DNA from: Eledone cirrhosa
Taxonomy: Eukaryota
Assembly: GCA_964016885.1 (NCBI GenBank)
Contig: OZ024743.1
Span: 9,982,001-10,046,000, forward strand
Direction of reading: 5' to 3'
DNA length: 64,000 nt
Both the position numbers and the translations under genes were made by a program. Under the pieces are notes generated by a model. The model had not been told where the DNA came from, ran no database searches, and saw only the letters and a list, made by a program, of their open reading frames with translations. Shown here piece by piece: positions 24,118 through 38,940 of this stretch; position 1 is the stretch's first letter, and every line of letters begins with the position of its first letter.

Positions 24118-24848
24118 GGGGTTGGGGTGCTATAGACTTCGGCTCAATTTTCGTCAACCAATATTACAGTCACAACGAATTGATCAACCTGAGAATAAAG
24201 TAGAAATCTAAGTTACCATGCAATATGATCGCGTCCAAAAATGTATGCTTTTACAGCGAGCTTCAGTATCGAACAGACTGGCGAACAATCATGTAAACAA
24301 AAGAGATTGATCCAATATGAACCTGGAACGAAATGTTATCTATACAATATTATTTGATTGTTTATTTTCTTTTATTTTATTTTCTCATAAAAATAGATAT
24401 TACATTTTAAGTGCAATATATCTCTAGATAGCAATGATAAATGCATAGCGAATGAAAGTGGAGGGGTTTATATATTGAGAGTGAAAGGCTTGAAAGGTTC
24501 GCATTTGGTTGCAGTAATCTCATAAAACATATACATTTTAGTAAATACAAAAATAACTTCGATTTATAGTCAATAAATAGCTTAACAATCGATTTTCGAT
24601 ACATTCAGGCGTTAGAATTAGAGTCTAACGTTCGATTTTAAAATTTAACAATAGATATATAGTTGAAAATATGTAAAAAGAAGGATTTAATGGCATTTGA
24701 GGACGACGTGTGCATTCTAGTTTTCTATACACTATAGAAGAAATATATACATTTATAAAACTAACCAGCTGTAAATCATTTATAGTTTTGGGACTCATAT
24801 TTAATCAACGTTTGCTTTATATATATTTGTGTGTGTGTGTGTGTGTGT

Positions 24849-24879
<31 letters not shown>

Positions 24880-25021
24880 CGTGCGTGTGTTTGTGTTAGC
24901 TTTATAATAAACACCAAGATAGGCTATTATTCTGGTAAGTAATTGCATTTCTTCGCTCTTGTTACATTAAATATATTCCACAATTTTGTGCAATCTGCAG
25001 CATGAAACATATGTGTGTGGG

Positions 25022-25084
<63 letters not shown>

Positions 25085-25239
25085 AGGGAGTGTAACATGG
25101 AGTTACTGCAGGTTCACCCGGGCGAGCACTCGATGTTTAGGTTCACTTCAGTGTCGAGGTGTAGAGCTAGCTATACAGAGTGTAATATATTGAAAGGATA
25201 ACAAGGACGATTGATTACTCCTTCATTGTATGTATTGAT

Positions 25240-25326
25240 AGGTGACGCGCGTTTCGCCACTGATCAGCTCAAGGTTCGATCTGTATCGATCCTACCCGAC
25301 TCAATAATCGGCGGCTCGACGGACCC
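25240..25326 (-). ncRNA. Hammerhead-like motif with CCGUCGA core (family D)
   Basis: Minus strand: GGGT-CCGTCGA-GCCGC...GTGGC-GAAAC-GCGC-GTC-ACCT. Stems I, II and III all pair. Confidence 0.6.
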
Positions 25327-26980
25327 TTTAAAATGCTATAAGAAAATGAAATACATGCTATGTGGTAAAGCTAGAATCTCAAGAGTTTGACAAAATGAGT
25401 TGTTTTTATTGGTGGGAAGGATCAAAGGGATGTACTGGCCTGTAGTGTATGTGGGGGTGGATGTGATGGTGAGATGTTGGTGACGGTCGCTGGCTGGGAT
25501 GGGCTGTGGTGTGGTGGTGGCGGGCTGGCCTTGGCCTGTAGTGTATGTTGGGGTGGATGTGATGATAAGATGGGATGGGCTGTGATGTGAGGTTAGTGGG
25601 TTGTCGGTAGACGGGTTGGCGTGTGTGGGGTGTGGTTGTGATGTTGTTGTTTATGGTAGTGGCATTTGTGGTGGTGTGGTGGATGTGTTGGTGGTGTCAA
25701 GTCCTTGGGGAGATACATACCTAGACACTCTTAGTCTGAAAAAATACGTTGTATATATATACATATATGTATACATGCGCATATATACTGATATATATAC
25801 ACACGAACACACCCACATACACACACACACACACCCGCGCCCACACATATCCACACACACATATATACATCCATATTCAAATATACACACATGTATGTGC
25901 ATGCGCGCGTGTGGATATATATAGGGAGAGTGGGGGAGTATCGGTGGGGTGGCGTAGGACAAAGATGGAGGGAAGGTGAGAGCCAATGGAGATGGTGTTA
26001 TACATATAGACATACACATACATACACACATACACACATACGGATATGCGCACATACACGTACACACACGTATACATAAACATACACATACACACACACA
26101 CACACGTATACACACACACATACATACATACACATACACACATGCATATATACACACACATGCATATATACACACACACACATAAATATATATATATATA
26201 TATATACATTTGCATACATGCACGCATATGTATACGCACGTATATGTAAAAAATACTTACACACAGGCACACACACTTGCGTTGGTTCGAGAGGGGAGGT
26301 ATGTGTTGGCGGTGTTGATGAAGTATGGAGTTGTCTTGTGGTGGTGGTGGTGGTGGAGTTGTGATGGACAAAAATATACAGGATCGAATAGTACGATGGG
26401 TTACAGGTTAAAAAGTGACATCGGGAACGCGGGGGAAAAGAGTTTATGGACGTATAGCGATGTGTGTTGTTGTCATGGTGGTGGTGGTGGTGGTGGGGTG
26501 ATATGTTCGACAAAATGATTACATGATGGGATGTTACGGTGGGTTACAGGGTAAGGCAGACGGAGGGGGGGGGGATATAACACAGTCGATCTTGGAGTGA
26601 GGGATGATATGTGTTGATGATGTTAATGATGTTAATGAATGTTGAATTATGTGGATGTATCTAGTGGTGGCGGTGGTGGTGTGTGCGACAGTACATTTAC
26701 AGGGTCGAATTTAACGTGGGATTGTAGGTTAGGGTAGACAGAGGGAACATGGGGGGATAAAGGTTGCGGGTGTGGATAGTAGACGATGTGTGGTGGGGTG
26801 GTGGTGGCGATGGTGTGATATGATCGACATTGTATTTACAGGATCAGATGTTACTATGGTTTGCAAAGTAAAACCTGACAGAGAGGACAGATAGAACACA
26901 ATGTTGCAAGGATGAGGGGTGTATGGCGATGTGATTTTTGGTGGGGGTGATGTATGCGGCATGATATACAAAATACGGGC

Positions 26981-27424
26981 TTACAAATGGTTACATGCAA
27001 TACAATAAAATAAATTCGCTGAGATGGGCGATGGTGAGACGGGGCAGAGGTGGTTATTATTATGATGGCTCATGGTGAGTGCGCGGCCCTCCCCCCCCCC
27101 CCCCCCGAATGTTTGTGCGGAAAAAGTGTTCAGCCTGGTGTGTCTGCAATTGATAATTATGTCCGACCTATAGTTTATGGCAGATTTTAATTTAATTATT
27201 TCCGCCGCCTCAGCCAGGTATAACCTGCAGTGGTTTCTGTCACTGGGGAGTTGTGCCACGCGCCTTTTCACTGACCACGAGCTTCTGTAGTTATACCAGC
27301 GCTCCTTAAACGTAGTGGATGTCGCACCTATATATGAGTACTCCTTATTGCCGGCTGTGACATCACCCCGGTAAACAATGTTTTTAACGAGGCACTCCCC
27401 GTTTAGTGGGCATTTTTTTGTCAA
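26981..27424 (-). pseudogene. Naiad-type Penelope GIY-YIG endonuclease fragment
   Basis: CPLNGECLVKNIVY..YSYIGATSTTFKERWYN...CRL.L.E...INYRSDIIINCRH. Confidence 0.8.
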
Positions 27425-27484
27425 ACTCTTGAGATTCTGGCTTTACCACATAGCATGTATTTCATTTTCTTATAGCATTTTAAA

Positions 27485-27571
27485 GGGTCCGTCAAGCCGC
27501 CGATTATTGAGTCGGGTAGGATCGATACAGATCGAACCTTGAGCTGATCAGTGGCGAAACGCGCGTCACCT
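27485..27571 (+). ncRNA. Hammerhead-like motif, family D inverted copy (core CCGUCAA)
   Basis: GGGT-CCGTCAA-GCCGC...GTGGC-GAAAC-GCGC-GTC-ACCT. The G8>A change is consistent with CpG decay. Confidence 0.45.
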
Positions 27572-27662
27572 ACCAACAAATGCAATGAAGGAGTAATCAA
27601 TCGTTATCCTTTCAATATATGATTTCTAATGAATGAAACAGTTCTAGTCCTGTAGAATCTCA

Positions 27663-27706
<44 letters not shown>

Positions 27707-27834
27707 GCATATACCACAGTTGGCCTTCCACATTTTTTTACTGTAGGGTTCATTGTGAGGGTTGGTTGGATTTGGGCTTGTGTGAGGATGATTTTTATGG
27801 ATTTAGGTTCTCTTTTGCTCTTTTTTGCATAAAT

Positions 27835-28760
27835 ATAATAGAATGTTCAACATTCCATTATAAACAAGGACAACATTTCACAGTTAAACACAACTTTACG
27901 TGTGCATCTGAAAACCTAATCTATGTTTTGACTTGTTCAGGTTGTCAAGAGCATTACATAGGACAGACAAAAAACACCCCCCGACAACGTATAACCGTCC
28001 ATAGATCACAAATCAAAATACAGAAAGATTGCGTTCAGTGAACATATCGCTTTTTGTGCACCTAACCAACATCCAAACTTTAAAATTTTCCCCATTTACA
28101 AATTCATAGACAACGCTTCTTTCATCCATCGTACCAATAAGGAAACGTACTTCATTAACAAATTCCAACCTCTACTTAATGGACTAAACTTCGGACTAAA
28201 CTAAAACTGGAACAAACAATGAACCAAAACCAAATCCCTATGTTTCTCTAAAGAGTTACCTCCCTCACATCCTACCTAATCCTTTTTCTTATATAAATTG
28301 TATACCCTCTCTCACCTACCTGACCACCCTGAATTACCTTCCCCTGAATATTAACTCTCTAAAAAGGGAAATCATATCTAATCACAGACTACCATTTGCC
28401 TCCATCATGGATCAACTAAGCACTCTTGCCATAATAACACATTTTGAACTGCTTATCCTCAAGAACTATTCCTGTAAATAATATTATTTTTTATTTCCCA
28501 TTACCCTATTATGTTCCACATTACCCCCCCCCCCCTTTTGTTTCTTTTTTTTTTTCACTTCAAAAACCTTGTTTGTAAATAACATTATTCTTTCTTCACC
28601 ATTTCCTTCACATTTTCAACATCACCATTTTACACCAATACATATTCCCCCCCTTTTGATAATGCCTAAAATGCTGAAACCGGTAATAGACAATTATTAA
28701 ATATATAAATAAATAAATAAATGCCATTGTTAATTAATAAATAAATTAAGTAATACCTTA
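27835..28760 (+). mobile_element. Penelope-like (Neptune-type) 3' fragment: GIY-YIG endonuclease, 3' UTR and decayed U3:A8 hammerhead
   Basis: FTCASENLIYVLTCSGCQEHYIGQT..RQRITVHRSQI, frameshift, then SEHI..C..FKIFP..KETYFINKFQPLLN. TTGATAA-TGC..GCT-GAAAC-CG-GTA at 28656-28685. Confidence 0.75.
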
Positions 28761-28936
28761 ACACTTCACACAAAGTAAAATATTTTGTTTTAAAGATTTT
28801 CTAACCCAGAAAAAAGAGAAAAAAATAAAAAGGAAAAAAATATTTTTCTTCCTAATAATCGTCTTTTTTTTCCTGTTTTCACATATATATATATATCCCA
28901 GCTCGTGTGCCCCTTCTCCACATTTTATTATTATTA

Positions 28937-28978
<42 letters not shown>

Positions 28979-29074
28979 ATATATATATGAATATATATAT
29001 ATATATGTGTGTGCGTGTGTGTGTGTGTGAGTGTGTATGTATGCATGTATGTGTGTATGTAGAGAGAGATAGAG

Positions 29075-29106
<32 letters not shown>

Positions 29107-29480
29107 GCGCGCGTGTGTGTGTGTTTGCGCGCGCGCGTGTGTGTGTGTGTGTGTATGCATGTATGTATGTATGTAGAGAGAGAGAGTGAGATAGAGAGAT
29201 AAATAGATGGATTTATAAGATTCTTCGTAGTATAAGCACATCCTAACAATTGTTGATGGAGGAAGAGGAACAGTGGATAACATTGGTTCCTTACTACCTT
29301 ACTAGTATCTCTTATCTCTTGAAGAATAACGAAATGCAAATCCACTTCGGCGACACTCGGACGCAGAAACAAAGAAATGTATTACGGATAGTAAGAGGCA
29401 TAGCCATGGAATTAAAAAGTTCGCTTTACAAACATGCCGTTATTCTTGTTGATTTTATTATTATTATTAGAGAGCAGGAG

Positions 29481-30135
29481 GGCGGTGAATTGGCAGTATT
29501 GGTAGAGAGTCGGACACTGTGGTGTACAACATAGAGTTACGGCCCTTTAAGGTCTGAGTTCAAATCCGGCCGAGGTTAACTTTGCCTTTCGCCCTTACGG
29601 GGTCGTTAAAATAAAGTACCATTAACAGACTGGGGTCGATTTTCATCGACTTCCCCTCTCCCATAATTGCTGGCCTTGTGCCTATACTAGAAACAATTAT
29701 TAGAGGGTGGGGGAATGTCAGTATCGGTAAAAATTTGGACAACATGCTGAATGGCATAGGGTTACAGCCCTTTACGCTCTGAGTTCAAATCCCGCCGAGG
29801 TCAGCTTTGCCTTTCGTCCTTACGGGGTCGATAAAATAGATTACCAATAACGCACTGGGGTCGATTTAATCGACTTTCCCCTCCCTCCTAAAATTGCTGG
29901 CCTTGTGCCAATACTAGAAATGATTATTATTATTGTGAAGGTTGGGGATTGGCAGAAACATTAGAACATTTGACAAATTGCTTAGCGCTATAGGTTCCAT
30001 TCTGAGTTTAAACCCTGCCAAATTCAGTTTTGCCTTCCATCCTTTATTGGTCGTTAAATTAATGTATCAGTAAATCACAGGGTAGATAAAATCAACTCCC
30101 CTCAAGTTGAAGGTCTTTTGTTTAAATTATAACAT
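29481..30135 (+). mobile_element. Three tandem tRNA-derived SINEs with Nin/Deu-like core
   Basis: A-box-like TGGCAGTATTGG, B-box GAGTTCAAATCC, core GCCTTTCRTCCTTACGGGGTCGATAAAAT..TACCA, tail TTGCTGGCCTTGTGCC..AGAAAC(ATT)n. Copies start near 29481, 29704 and 29938. Confidence 0.8.
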
Positions 30136-31614
30136 CCTTTTTTCATTATTGTTGTTGTTATTATTACTGTTCACTTAAGATAAACTTTTATCATCGTTTA
30201 ACGGCTCCTAAATTTTCAAATGCTAGAATGACTTAACTGTAAAGCTAAAATATTGAAAACTTCAGTTGATTATTTACATAAATTATATTTCTAATGTGTG
30301 TGTGTATTATTTATTACTAATCAGAAAACATGTAATATTATATAAGTGAAGTTCGTGATGTCTCTCCTGCATATACGAGACTTTATCACTACCACAATAC
30401 ATTTCTCTAGGCAGGGTTGAGTATAACTACATACCCCAGTTATTACAAAATATAAGGCATTTTTGAGATAGAGGAGCCACGTTTTGAAAATCTGATAGGG
30501 AACGTAAACTATTACATACAAAATATATCTAATATTAGAATTCAGAACTGCAATGCCTTGAATCTAGTTCTAGAACGTTTTCAGTTGACTCTGTAATTGT
30601 AAGTGAACATCTTCAAACATGAGCTTCCCATTAACCTTATTTTACCCTATTTTACCCCATCCCCTATACACCCCAATGATTATGATTCTTTCTTGGTTGC
30701 TTTCATAGAAACTTAAGAAGTGACCCCTTTTTCTAGATTGAAATTTAGGTGTCATAGTTTATTACCTGCAGATGATTATATTATGATCGATAATAGCACT
30801 CCTCCAACTGCTAATGTTTCAATCTATCTACAACCCTGAATTACAATTGCTTGAACATACACATCATAATGCTTCATTATCTCTGAATCTCTTCTCTCGA
30901 TATTTCACGCTTCATTAATTGTCCGCTTGAATTCGGAATTAAAATAATTTCGAAAATAAATTTTCGTTTTCAATTTTATCGAAATAATTGATTAGTTTAC
31001 TTTAGAATACAATTAGTCTTCAAATCTTTAAAGAGTTTACGTATCATCACAACTACATGTTTTAACGTGCAGCAATGTTAGGCCCAGGAAAATAATCAAG
31101 AAGTCATTGAAATTCAATAAGCAACTCTTTCGCTCTATTTCCAACGGTTAATAAAATCTGACTTTGCTCAGCTACTAATGAAAATTTGATTTACCTAGAA
31201 GTGAAATGACTAAGTAGCATATGACATATTGTTGGGTAGAAAATATAGACAAATACTTTGAATGTGTTAGAATATTGATGATAAATTTAAATAAAAGATG
31301 TTTTGACAGAATTTAATTTCATATGGCATCCAGATGTTCCTCGAGAATGCAGAGTTCTAATGATTGTTGTGGTAACTTTTCAAAAGGAAAGAGTAAAAGT
31401 GTAACAAGCATGCCAAAAACGTTATAGCTTAAATAATATTTACATAATAAAATCAACCTTTACAATTATAGAGCCTTTCCAAGTGGCAAGCCGGAAATAA
31501 GAGAAATTTTCTGACATTTAAGAATAGAAAAATTTTAATTTGGCATGTGTATGTATGTCAGTATGCATGTATGAGTGTATATATATATACATATATGTAT
31601 GTATATATACACAT

Positions 31615-31716
<102 letters not shown>

Positions 31717-31839
31717 ATATATGTGTGTCCGTATGTATGTGTGTGTAAAAGGTAAACATAAATAACAAAAATAACAAAACAAACGGCACAGTAAATGAAA
31801 AAAATATATTAGTTTAACGCTTGAAATAGTAGGAAGATA

Positions 31840-31872
31840 GTCTTAAATTTTCGGACACTAGTCCTTCATGAA
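31840..31872 (-). ncRNA. Truncated hammerhead (family of 49231-49266)
   Basis: Minus strand: ATGA-AGGAC-tagt-GTCC-GAAA..TTAAGA. The CUG part is lost. Confidence 0.4.
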
Positions 31873-31899
31873 ACGTTATATAAATATATATATATATAC

Positions 31900-31974
<75 letters not shown>

Positions 31975-31977
31975 ACA

Positions 31978-32070
31978 ACTCCTCCTGTTGATACAATCAA
32001 TTTACCACCAATGCCTTTGGCAATCAGTCTGGAACTAGCTGTTGAAACGGTAAGAGCTCAGTTGTCGGAG
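31978..32070 (+). ncRNA. Decayed hammerhead-like motif related to family A, core CTGTTGA
   Basis: CTCCTC-CTGTTGA-TACA...TGTT-GAAAC-GGT..GTT-GTC-GGAG. The 3' half is homologous to family A. Confidence 0.35.
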
Positions 32071-32525
32071 TACTGACAGTTTATATGTCATGTCAGTTAA
32101 CACTTTCTCTCTACTGACCTCTTCCTCGCACTTCCACTCACTCACTCACTGTTTCTCCCCTTCTCACTTCCCCCCGTTCGCTGCGAAAACGATTTTCCTT
32201 CTTTCTTGCATCGGATTCATCGCGAAAGGTCTATTTCTTACTCGCTCATATATTCACCCAGCTTATACTGATAGAATAACTATGTAGCTTGTGTTTCTTC
32301 CTATCTTCGGTTAGCTTTCCCCTGTGTTGTTTACTTGTCTCACTCGCTTTACGCGTTTTAATTGTCCTAATAACTTATTTTAGCTATTATTGCACCAACG
32401 TGAGGTATATGATTTTTAATGCAATGAAATACCAATGACCGTTGGCAAATCACTGATGAGGGACTCATTTTATAACATGTTATCCATGTGCAACCATGCA
32501 GTATTCTTCTCCCCACATTTTTCAC

Positions 32526-32649
<124 letters not shown>

Positions 32650-35159
32650 ATTTTATTAGTGAATTGTTGTAATTTAGAGTAAGTTAAAGACATTTGCGAA
32701 GAAAACATGGACAAAAATCTGGAATTAATTGATTGACAGTATTTAATTTTGTGTTTCTCTCTGCCAATCCGTATCCCAGCGTCATCAAATTATGTTTGAC
32801 ACTTATGTATATAATCAATTTGAGGGAGACGAAGTTATCAACACATTGTAATATTCCCAATACCATTCATAAATTTTTCTAAGGGTAAATTAAACGATCA
32901 TTTTGTAGAGGAGCTTGCCTTTAATACTTTAGAAAGAAGATAGGGCTCGTATTGATAGCATGCTTCAAAGTGGTGAAATCAAACTGACTGCTGATCAACG
33001 TGAATTACTTTATTGGTTGATGCTTTTGTGGACATGTTGGGCAGGTTTAAAGTTACAGTGAGCTATAGAAGACAGGGAAATATTGGTGAAGTGTTTAATA
33101 AATGATGTTCAGTGTGATATACAATAGTGATGTCATGGGAATAAAACACAAACGACCATACGAAAGGGGATGTTCGTTTAGGTGAGTAAGAATAATTGTA
33201 GTAATGGTTGGCTAGTCAGAAGTGTGGCTAATTCAGAAATATTTATTCTTGTTACAATCACACTCTAACGAGGGGCACCATTGTGGCTTGTATAAGGACA
33301 CCAAGATTCATATCTAAGGCATTCGATCCCAAAAAAGTAATACCCACATGCGATGCAGGTTTCACCATGATATGGATATGTAATCACAATGAAAAATGAT
33401 CAAAGACAGTCAAGCCAAGCATTCCTAAAGTTTGTAATGGCTTTATGCATGAGTGATTCAAGAGCTGCGATTACTCTCCCAGTATATTTTCAATTACTTA
33501 CTAATATTTATGAGCAACAGTATTCCAATCACTGAATCACCCAAGTGTTAAACACCATTGAAATGTGACGTAAACTTACACATATACAATAGATATAATT
33601 ATATAGAAATGTCAATGGGAATAGGCATCAGATAATAAAAATATTTGTTTACGACTGTCTCAATAACTTTGAAATAATAAATCCGAGCCGACATGCTATT
33701 TTGAAGATGGTTGTACACATTCAGTCTTATTTTTTATGCATTGGGATATAAACTATAGGCTGGGGTTATATATATGATATTGAAAATCATTCTGAAGGAT
33801 AGTTTTAGTCAATGACTATTGTTTTCCACGAGGCAGCTCATGTGAAAACCAATTCATAGAAAAGTTCATACGTATAGAATTCTAAAGTCTAATAGATACT
33901 GTGCAGTATGTTTACAGAATGCTTGGGAGGATGTCTTGAATAGGTAATAATAAGCTATAGAACAGAGACTGAAGTGGCACAATAAAATTTTAGTCGGAAG
34001 ATAAGATAGAGAATATGATTAAAGAGCTTATTCTGGCATTACGAACTGTTCAGCATTTGTATGGCTCAATTCCTATCTAAAATGGTTTCATATTTAGAAG
34101 TTTATAGCGATTAATATATACATATATGTAATTATATATATACATATATACATATATGTAAATTAAATAATGGCATTGAGGCGGAGGGTAAGCTAGTTGG
34201 AGGTGGAGAATACTCGTTCGGACGTCACCGTCTCTCCCTATATCTATCTAAACAACTACCATGATTGATCTATCAATTTGCACCTATATATAAATAAAAC
34301 CAAGTACGCAAACGCCATACCATAGGCGTTAAGAAAGACACAGTAACGAAATTAAACTAAATCATTGCATAAAATGTTTAGCTAAGCACGACACAATAAC
34401 CACGGTAAGAGAACACAAAGAAACCTTCAGTTCTTGTCCAAAATGTACATTAATTTATCTTCTCAATATTGAAATTGGATTATTTATAAATAATATAAAT
34501 GGCACAATCAGAAAAGCAGAAAGCCTTCAACAATAGAATAGAAATGTGTTAGTTATTTGGTCCAATAATATTAGAAGCAAAACACTTGTTCAATTTTATC
34601 ATTCCATCATTAATCCCTTATTTGTGAGATGTTTAACATTTGCTGAGAAATATTGCACTATAAACGATTATAACATAAATAACAAAGCAAACCAAATCAG
34701 TATTGGTTGCGATAAATTGTGTCTGGTCAACAAAAGAAATTATAATGAATTTAACGTTAGTATGGGTTACTGTGATAGCATTCATATATAATAAATCATT
34801 AAGATTATATGCATATAGGCGTTTGTCCAACAAGGCTTTTTAGTTGGAACCTCAAGTTACTGGTAGAGATAGTTGGTTACAGCATTCTGGAATAGTTCTA
34901 GAATTATATGCACTATTCACGCCAATGGATTTTAAGATTCGACATTTCCTTCCAGCGTTATGCGATGTTTGACATTTTAACCCGTGTTTCGATATTTCTT
35001 TCTTTTCAATTTTAATAAACATGTTACTAAACCTCATGAAAGCACATATAGTTGTATGATTCAAATCTGTTCTTTTTAAAATGTTTATATTTATCTAAAG
35101 ACTTTCCATCATACTTTTATGTAGGAACCTGTGTAATGCTCTAAACACCAACCAAATAA

Positions 35160-35258
35160 TAATTATCTCTTATAGGCACAAGGCCAGTAATTTAGGAGGA
35201 GGGGAACGTCGATTAAATTGACCCCAGTACGTTATTGGTGCTTTATTTTATCGACCCC
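35160..35258 (-). mobile_element. Partial Nin/Deu-like SINE
   Basis: Reverse complement of the SINE 3' half (ggcacaaggccag...tttatcgacccc). Confidence 0.65.
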
Positions 35259-36039
35259 GCACACACACACAAAGCCTGTCACCGCATCTCTACCATGATA
35301 TAGCTTCTATTATATCCTTGCAGCGTTAACATATTTTTAACCACATTCAAATATGGTCGGTCAGTCGTACATCAGGATAATATTTCGGAATGCCTAAGAC
35401 ATCTGAATATTTTTCCCATTATATTTCCGTTATATTTTCATCTATTCACGGGATATATCTATGTTTTCAATCTTGTTTATGAAACACGTAAAAGTGCCTC
35501 TGCTCTCGATAAAGTTGTTAATTAGTAAGTCAATGTATTTTCTTAAATATATGGTCATTATTTCCATTAGCTCCCTATGGTAATGAATCTAGTGAAGTAT
35601 AATATACTATTACATTTTTTGTTTTTAATTTTGAATAAAAGATCAGAATTGGGGAATCCTTGCAGACATTTCCATAACAATTTAATGAGGAATTTCTAAT
35701 TGGTTTTAATATTTCCTTTCCGTCGAAAGGGATTTCAATGGGAGGTCTTAAAATGTTTTAATCGTTTATTCAGCAGTACTAAAACTTCATCAATAACAGC
35801 CACTTCTCTTGCTCACGTATGTCTCCAACATATGATATCGAAAATATGAAATACATATATTTTTTTAATGGGAATAAATGAGAATTTCACGTGTTGTGGG
35901 CATGGAAATAAATAGGAGAATGTGTGATGCAATATTGACGTTTTTCTTTTACACCGAACCCAATTTCAATGTGCTTTTGACTAATTATATTTCAATGTTT
36001 CAAAACATGCTTCACGTGTCAACAAACATTTACTACGTT

Positions 36040-36121
<82 letters not shown>

Positions 36122-36264
36122 TGTGTGCATGTGTGTGTGTGAGTGTGTGTATGAATGTGTATGTGTGTGCGTATGTGTGAGTGTGTGTGTGTATGAATGT
36201 GTATGTATGGGTGTGTAAAGAGCCCATATCCCCTGAGATAAGTCGGAAATAATACTGGCGCCTA

Positions 36265-36346
<82 letters not shown>

Positions 36347-37255
36347 ATATGGGGGTGGGGCGTGTGTGTGTCGTCTGTAGATGGAGAAAGAGAGATGTTG
36401 GTAGGGAAACTATTTTCATTTAGAAACTATATTATTACTGTTACGTAACTGCTAATAAGAAATGTGTTATATGTAGAATAAATCCACAAATAAATTGTAA
36501 AACTAGAAATGTAGTCTATAGCATAATATGTACAGAGAGTATTTGCAGAAACATGACAAAATACATAGTTGAGACGGCTCGAAGCATAGGGGAGTAAATA
36601 GACCAATACTGAATTGAACTAAAAGGACAAAAAGACGGTTCGGTATTATATGAACACGCCTGACAAAGACATGATGGTAATATAGACTATATAGAAATTA
36701 GAATAATATCTAAACATAGAAATGGCTCAATAGGTAGACAAATCAGAGAGGTAACTGGAATAGAACTAAGAAAACCGAAGTTGAACAGAAAAAATGAATG
36801 GAATAACAACAACAACCATACACAAACACACAATAGTGACCTAAGATAAATATAAATAAATATACACAGGTACAATAACAACAACCTTACATAAACATAG
36901 ACAAACATAGACTACAAACACACACAGACTCAGACACGAACACACACCAAACAGAAAAACATACACACAAACGCATGCGCAAACAGAGACAAGAATAAAT
37001 AAATAAAAATAAAAATGGAATAGACATTACAATACAACACGAGGAAACATAATAGTACCACTGATGATGTCATAGAGGTGTGATAAAAGAATTTTGATTG
37101 ACTATATATATATATATATTTATATCTTTATTTTTAATCGTTGGTCAATCAATGATAAACATTGATTGCCAGCTAAATTAACGATAGGGTTATAAAATAT
37201 ACAGAAGCGAAAACCAATCCAAACCAAACAGTGAGTATGTTTTATTATTATTTCT

Positions 37256-37445
37256 GGCAGTGGATTGGCAGTATCGATAGAGGGTCGGACGCCATGCTTT
37301 ACAGCGAAGAGTTACGGGCCTTTATGGTCTGAGTTCAAATCCCGCCGAGGTTAATTTGCCTTTCATCCTTACGGGGTCGATAAAATAAAGTACCAGTAAT
37401 ACACTGGTATAATTGCTGGCCTTGTGCCAAAAGTAGAAAAAATTA
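37256..37445 (+). mobile_element. tRNA-derived Nin/Deu-like SINE
   Basis: Same A/B boxes, core and tail as the 29481 copy. Confidence 0.8.
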
Positions 37446-37932
37446 TTATTTCTGGCAATAATATAACAATAAGACTCTCCCCAAATATAACAATATTTGT
37501 TTCAACACACGATTTCATATAAAAAAAACCTTGCAAAACAAATATATATACATATATACATATATATGTATGTGAGGGGTGCGCGCGCGCGTGTGTAGTT
37601 AATATTTAAACAGATTAATTAGTTTCTAATGAATACCTTGATTAAGTTTCAAAACCCTATGTTTGACTCTTAATTTCATACTGCTTCTGACAGCCAATTC
37701 CTCTTCTCCTATGCTTATGTTTCTTTCACCTTAACCACACGAATGGAATTCCATGACTACTGGCATAGCAACAAGGAAGGTGATGATAAGGAAAGAAGAG
37801 TCGAAGAGAGAAATTAACAAAATAGGAATAAAGAAAAAACTTTAGAAGTATTTGTGACTATCTTATATGTAAAGAAAGATATACTTATATACCTGCTGAT
37901 ACATCTTTTACTCTCTTATTTGTTATATCCCA

Positions 37933-38021
<89 letters not shown>

Positions 38022-38841
38022 ACCCTCTCTCTTTATTTCTCTCTCTCTCTCTCTCTTTCTCTCTCTATCTCTTCACAAGTATTTCAGACTTTCTTCTACC
38101 TTGATTAATTTATTATATATATGTATGTATATATATATATATTTATTTGTATATATCTATATATATATATATGTGTGTGCGTGTGTGTATGTGTGTATGT
38201 GTGTGTGAGAGTGTGTGCGTTGGGTTGTTTTGAATGTGAGCATATTAACGTACACTGTAATGTATAGATATTTATATTGAGTTGCATATCTATTAACGTA
38301 TTACATACGTGTGTTAACACATTAACTGAAAGTTCTGCTTATGATGGTTAGATTTACATCAAAATGCATTTTGCCGTAAAAATCTACTTTTATTTCTTTT
38401 GTATCTCTTACCATGCCATTGATGGCCTTCCTTCTGGCACAAATAATAACATTTCTATGGAGACTGATTACATCCATGAAAACAAATTTATTTCAATATA
38501 GAAGCATTAATTTGCAGAAAACGTATTTCATTACCTTTATTCTATCTTTTATTGATGTTTATTGCAATGGAATATGGTCATATATTTTTTTAACCTGAAA
38601 TGAACGTTCATTCTATTTTAAAAGCCACGGCTTGATTATTGTAAGATAGTTAATAAGATGAGGAACGCCTACGAAAGAACACTTTAACACTTGACATGGA
38701 CACATATGTGGTGATATTTTCTTGAAAGTAAACGTTAAACGAAGTATGCGTGAAATATACATACATGCATTAGCATAAACACACACACAGACACACGCAC
38801 ACATAAATAAATAAATATATATATATACGCACACATGTATA

Positions 38842-38940
<99 letters not shown>

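Larger units (their letters stand above)
25185..27620 (-). mobile_element. 5'-truncated Penelope-like element (Naiad-type GIY-YIG) with terminal pLTR and inverted upstream pLTR
   Basis: 25185-25395 is the reverse complement of ~27418-27620. The minus-strand endonuclease fragment starts at the inverted copy. The interior is interrupted by microsatellites. Confidence 0.75.

Noticed and set aside
29481-29575. tRNA gene
   Set aside because: A and B boxes belong to SINE heads; no full cloverleaf, and the SINE core follows.
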